DNA from: Podarcis gaigeae
Lineage: Eukaryota
Reading direction: 5' to 3' (one strand)
DNA: 64,000 nucleotides
Assembly: GCA_964106915.2 (NCBI GenBank)
Contig: OZ066915.1
Shown: piece by piece, positions 59,801 to 64,000 of the stretch
How positions within the stretch are numbered: position 1 is the first letter of the stretch
Layout: each line of letters starts with the position of its first letter
Made by a program: the position numbers and the translations under genes
Notes under the pieces: model-generated
What the model saw: only the letters and a program-made list of their open reading frames with translations
What the model was told of the DNA's origin: nothing
The model's database searches: none

Positions 59801-62599
59801 CTGGTAAAGAAACAGAATGGGCAACATGAATGACATTTAAAATGTGGAAACGCAAGACTTCTCAGCTTCTTACCAACCTTCCAGGAAGGAAGAGGATGCT
59901 CTAGCTTCATTCTTATGCTCTGGGGAATTGCATGATGAAATATTTAAGGGTATGTTTGCACCACCCATTCAATTGATGTCCAGTTTCTCCTATCTCTTCA
60001 TTTTGTTTCCACTGATAGTTTGCTTATCATTCAGCATTGTCCTGTGATCTCCATTCACCACTTCCCCTACTGAAATGCTGCTGTTGCACTGAGACACTCC
60101 CCTCAATAAAAAGGGTTAAATCAGGGGCAGCAAACTTTATTTATGTGCTGCCATTCTGCTTACAGGGAAGTAGGCTGAAAGGGGGTTAGTAGCCATACAC
60201 AAACAGATGGTGCATAATGACCTGACACAGAATTTTGGAGAAGCCAAGGACAGGAACAAAGAGGTGTACACCAGACAAATGCCATCTTTTGTCCCTGTTT
60301 AAAGAGAGGATTGCAGATGTAGTGCAAACTATAGGAAAAGCAACAGATGAGAAATGTATGGGTGGGACCACTAGGCTTGTCCACACTACAGTTCAGTGTG
60401 TTTGCAGCTGTTTGCATCCCCATTTAATTTGCTTAGTCCACATGATGTCACCTTCAAACAACACCAATCTCAGGGCTTTCCCCCTGTAAATTTAGGTTTA
60501 CACAATACAGGGATACTTTGATAAACTGGGGAAAATTTGGCTGCAAACCACTTCACCCAGGGTTTGCAGATCATTTGTTTTGGTGTGTTTTGGATGGGTA
60601 AATCAATTGTCACTTTCTGCTACTGCTCTTTCCATGCCTGCTACTTCATCGGTGCTTTCATTGCTTTTCCAGCTGTGCCCGTAACTGTTTTTGGTGTTCT
60701 CCTGAATGCAGGATTCCCCCTACCCCACCCCACCCCCAGCCTTTGATCCCACAGATTTGCATTAACCAGAAAATTGCACAAACAAAGCACATGAAAAATT
60801 TCTACACCAATTACATTGGGCAGCCATCTGAAAAGTGGGTGCTGAAATTTTACAATTGATTTCATTTCTTTTCCAGCATCCTAGTGAGTCAGGAGCCTAG
60901 TCATTCATATTGATATTTTATTCTTTTGATATTCTTTTGATTCCTCAGATTTGCACAGAACTAGAAAACTGCACAAGCAAATTTATGATTGCCTGACAGC
61001 GTGTTTTTGCACACTTCTTGGGCAAAGATGTTAAGAAACAAAAACAAAACAAAACAAGGTGCACGTACCTGCATGCATGCCCTGTCAGTCCTTAACTGGC
61101 ATAATAGAATCAAGAAATTAGAAGGCTACAACAAACGCAAAATAGAATGCCTGCTAGTATGAATGGGAAAGACCACTCCAGTCTAATTTGAATTGGGGTG
61201 GATTAAGAACTAAGTAATGCTCAAACGTGGACAAGCCCACTCTAAGATGGATCTGCTCTGCTGACCTTTGCAGATCATCTGTGGAAGGATAGCTCCAGTT
61301 CCTTTAATGATATATGCAGTGGTCCACAAAATGTCAACACAGCTGCTGGCTAGTGCAATTAAACCAACATAATATTTTGGTTTATAATATAAACCAAATA
61401 ATATAATATTTAACAAATTCTACAGTACAAAACAGTACAAAACCATGCACAACAGGGTATGCACAACGTCCATCATCTAGATTTAATTCCTATTGCTTCC
61501 AATTTGTCTTATAACCTATGCTTGGAAATTAACTATTCTGGTGTTATAAGCCTATTCCACCTATCTGCATAGTCCTGCTTTCTTCTATTTCAGAAACTAC
61601 ATAGGAGTGGCTTTCAGTCTGTGCTCTGGGGAATCCTTCTTGTAAACTGAAAGGCTGGTTAGAAATTCATTCATCAAATGAAATCAATTAACCCTGGGAA
61701 GTTTATTCCTCGTTTGTTGTCTTGTAACAGACATTCCTTCAGGTTGCAATGAAGGAGGGAAGCAGGGCCATTCCATTAGCTCTGCTGAGAAACCAGCTCC
61801 ATCAGGTTTCTCCCCGCATCAGCGGTCATTTAGTAGCCGCCATTCCGTCAGACTGCCCACAGAGGAAGAAGAAAGGAAGCAGAGCCACTCTGTCGCTCAG
61901 TGGAAAAACCAGCAACTTTGGGTTCTTCCTCTACTTGAATTGGTATCAATGAAACAAACAAATTTAAATAGTGGTACCCAGAGCTGCATCTAGTGACCTG
62001 TTCATAGACAGGAGACTTTCCTAATGTTCTGGAGTATCAATTCCATTAGCAAAAGTTTTGAAGGCCAAAAGACTAGCTATTTTCTTATACTGGCATACTC
62101 ATATTATGAAACATATAGCCCACCTTTCCACTGAATATGATTCAGGTAGCTAACAACAATAAAATAAACAAATGCAAAAATGCCATCACATAACGGAAAT
62201 GCGAGACAGCTTTTGGAGACACCACTCACCACTCCAGGAGCATTACCAGAGCCCAAGCATTTGAGGGGCTGACTGGCTGAGTCAGAATTGCAAGTTATTT
62301 ACAAATGTTTTCTATTCATGCTTCTTTCCCTACTAGTAACTTGGGCGGGGGGAGGAAATAAAGAAATATATATGGCAATGGATCCTGTAAAGGACAAAGC
62401 AGGGGGGGGGGGGAATGGGTTGAAGGAGAGAAAGGAAAGTAAAAGAAGTGAATGTAATATATGTTAAATTACTATCCCAAATAATATCACCAAATATGAC
62501 TTGTCTATTATTAGGATAGGTTCAGAAAACAGACTGTCTCTTGGTATAAGCCATTAACACAGCCTGCATCAGAGCATGAAACATGCCTCTCTCCTTCCC

Positions 62600-62800
62600 A
62601 TCATCCTTTCTGTTGCTTTCCAACTCCTGACTGAAATTGGAACAGGAAGTGATTTTGGAGGGGCGTATGAAAACAGGAAGTGACTTCAGGAAACTGGGAA
62701 CCATTTGTTTGTTCTTTAGCCTGCATCACTATTATGCACGCGTGTTTGGTAACTGACATTGTCACCTAGAACAGGAAACTAGTCATAGAAAAGCACACAT
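62600..62800. promoter_or_regulatory. Candidate endothelial enhancer in FLT4 intron 11
   Basis: AACAGGAAGTG (62641), AAAACAGGAAGTG (62670), CAGGAAAC (62687), TGTTTGTT (62706), CATTGT (62757), AACAGGAAAC (62770) within 140 bp of non-repetitive DNA. Confidence 0.65.
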
Positions 62801-64000
62801 GACTCTGGCATTTATACAGGGGGGATGGAAAGAAACAGCCTTTAAATGCCAGCTAGTCATGCATCAGGACTGGAGAGAAAGAAAAAAAATCATTCCAGAA
62901 AGGAAATATAGTGTAATGTCCAATGGAACCTCTCACACTTCAAAGCAACACTTCATACACTTGGATCCACATATTTGTACTGGGATAGTGTACAGGGCCA
63001 AACTGTTCATAATGGCCCATTGAGTCTGGTAGTTGAATCGAGAGAAAGTAGGGGGCAGGTGAGTGGGGTGACTGAAAACACAGCATAAGCAAGATGGAAG
63101 AGTTGGACTCTTGTTGCCTATGTTTTTTACCCCTTAAATGTCCTACCTCAGCTGTCCCACCATCCCTGAGTGGCTTTATGAAATTCCAACCAGGAGAAAA
63201 ATGGCTGAAGCACAGTAGTTTGGGGGCAAAAAATAAGGATAGGAAAAGGGTTCTCCCTGCCATTCCACCTCAAGTTCTCAATTCCAATTCCCACCCACCC
63301 CTTATATTTAGCAGGACCAAGGTGGTTCTGCCACTGTGACATCAAATTTAATTTTCAGCAGTTTCACTGAATCTAGCTTAATGTGGGACAAAGTGTAGTT
63401 TAATAATCAGAATGCTGGCCTGAGTCTTAAAAACAGTTGTGATATATATTCTTATGGAATTGAGTTTGGAATGAATATTGTTGGGCATCTCAAATTTAGA
63501 TCATTATGATCACTGTCTCTAGTATTCCTTCCTTTGCATATTCATACAACGTTTGCCCCCAAATTTGCCAGTGCCATTCACATAAATCTGGTGAATTCTT
63601 AACCTTTGAGTAACGTCAGCCATATTAGGTGTACATGACAGCTATGGAAGTTTCACACTCTGCAGCCTTCATTTCTTCAGAGTCCTCCCCCCCCCCCGCA
63701 TTGTGAACTATTTTTTATTTCATGTGAATGTATTCAGAAATGTCAGTCTTCACATTTTATACCTCTCTCAAGTATCATAATTGGTAGTAAGGATCTTAAC
63801 AGGTTATCCAAAACTGGCTTTGGTTTTTCATATAAAGGTATAGATAAGACAAAAACTGATTACTAAATGTGTAATCATTTAGCTGCATAAAACTGACCAC
63901 ATGATGGAAGTCAACTCACAGTTTGGCTTCATGCTGCAAAATCAGCTAAAACAGTTTGGCCTTAGAAGGCTCCGTCTCATGAGCTCGAGGTGCTTCTACC

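Noticed and set aside
59801-64000. FLT4 exon 11
   Set aside because: No segment encoding the expected Ig5 sequence was found; presumed to lie beyond the window

Overview
Vertebrate genomic DNA, very probably from a lacertid lizard (two full-length Sauria SINEs plus typical squamate CR1, L2, RTE, Penelope, hAT and Tc1/mariner repeats). Two spliced genes lie head-to-tail on the minus strand. RNF130 (PA-TM-RING E3 ligase) contributes its first five coding exons (20096 down to 4) and a CpG-island promoter at about 20.5-21.45 kb. FLT4 (VEGFR-3) contributes 19 consecutive exons (12-30 in human numbering, 59800 down to 38546). All exons have GT-AG boundaries and consistent phases. Two assembly gaps are present (25794-25921, 51390-51524). 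Most interesting non-obvious signals: (1) a Penelope-derived perfect 60-bp inverted repeat in FLT4 intron 18 with a minimal hammerhead ribozyme on the antisense strand, while the sense-strand copy lacks its core; (2) an FLT4 intron-13 read-through frame plus canonical poly(A) site predicting a soluble VEGFR-3; (3) a FOX:ETS/ETS/SOX motif cluster in FLT4 intron 11; (4) a speculative two-exon small gene between RNF130 and FLT4; (5) the RNF130 start-codon exon displaced from the CpG island behind an apparent 5'UTR intron; (6) direct FLT4-RNF130 adjacency. Gene identities, exon numbers and repeat families come from recalled sequences, not from a database search.
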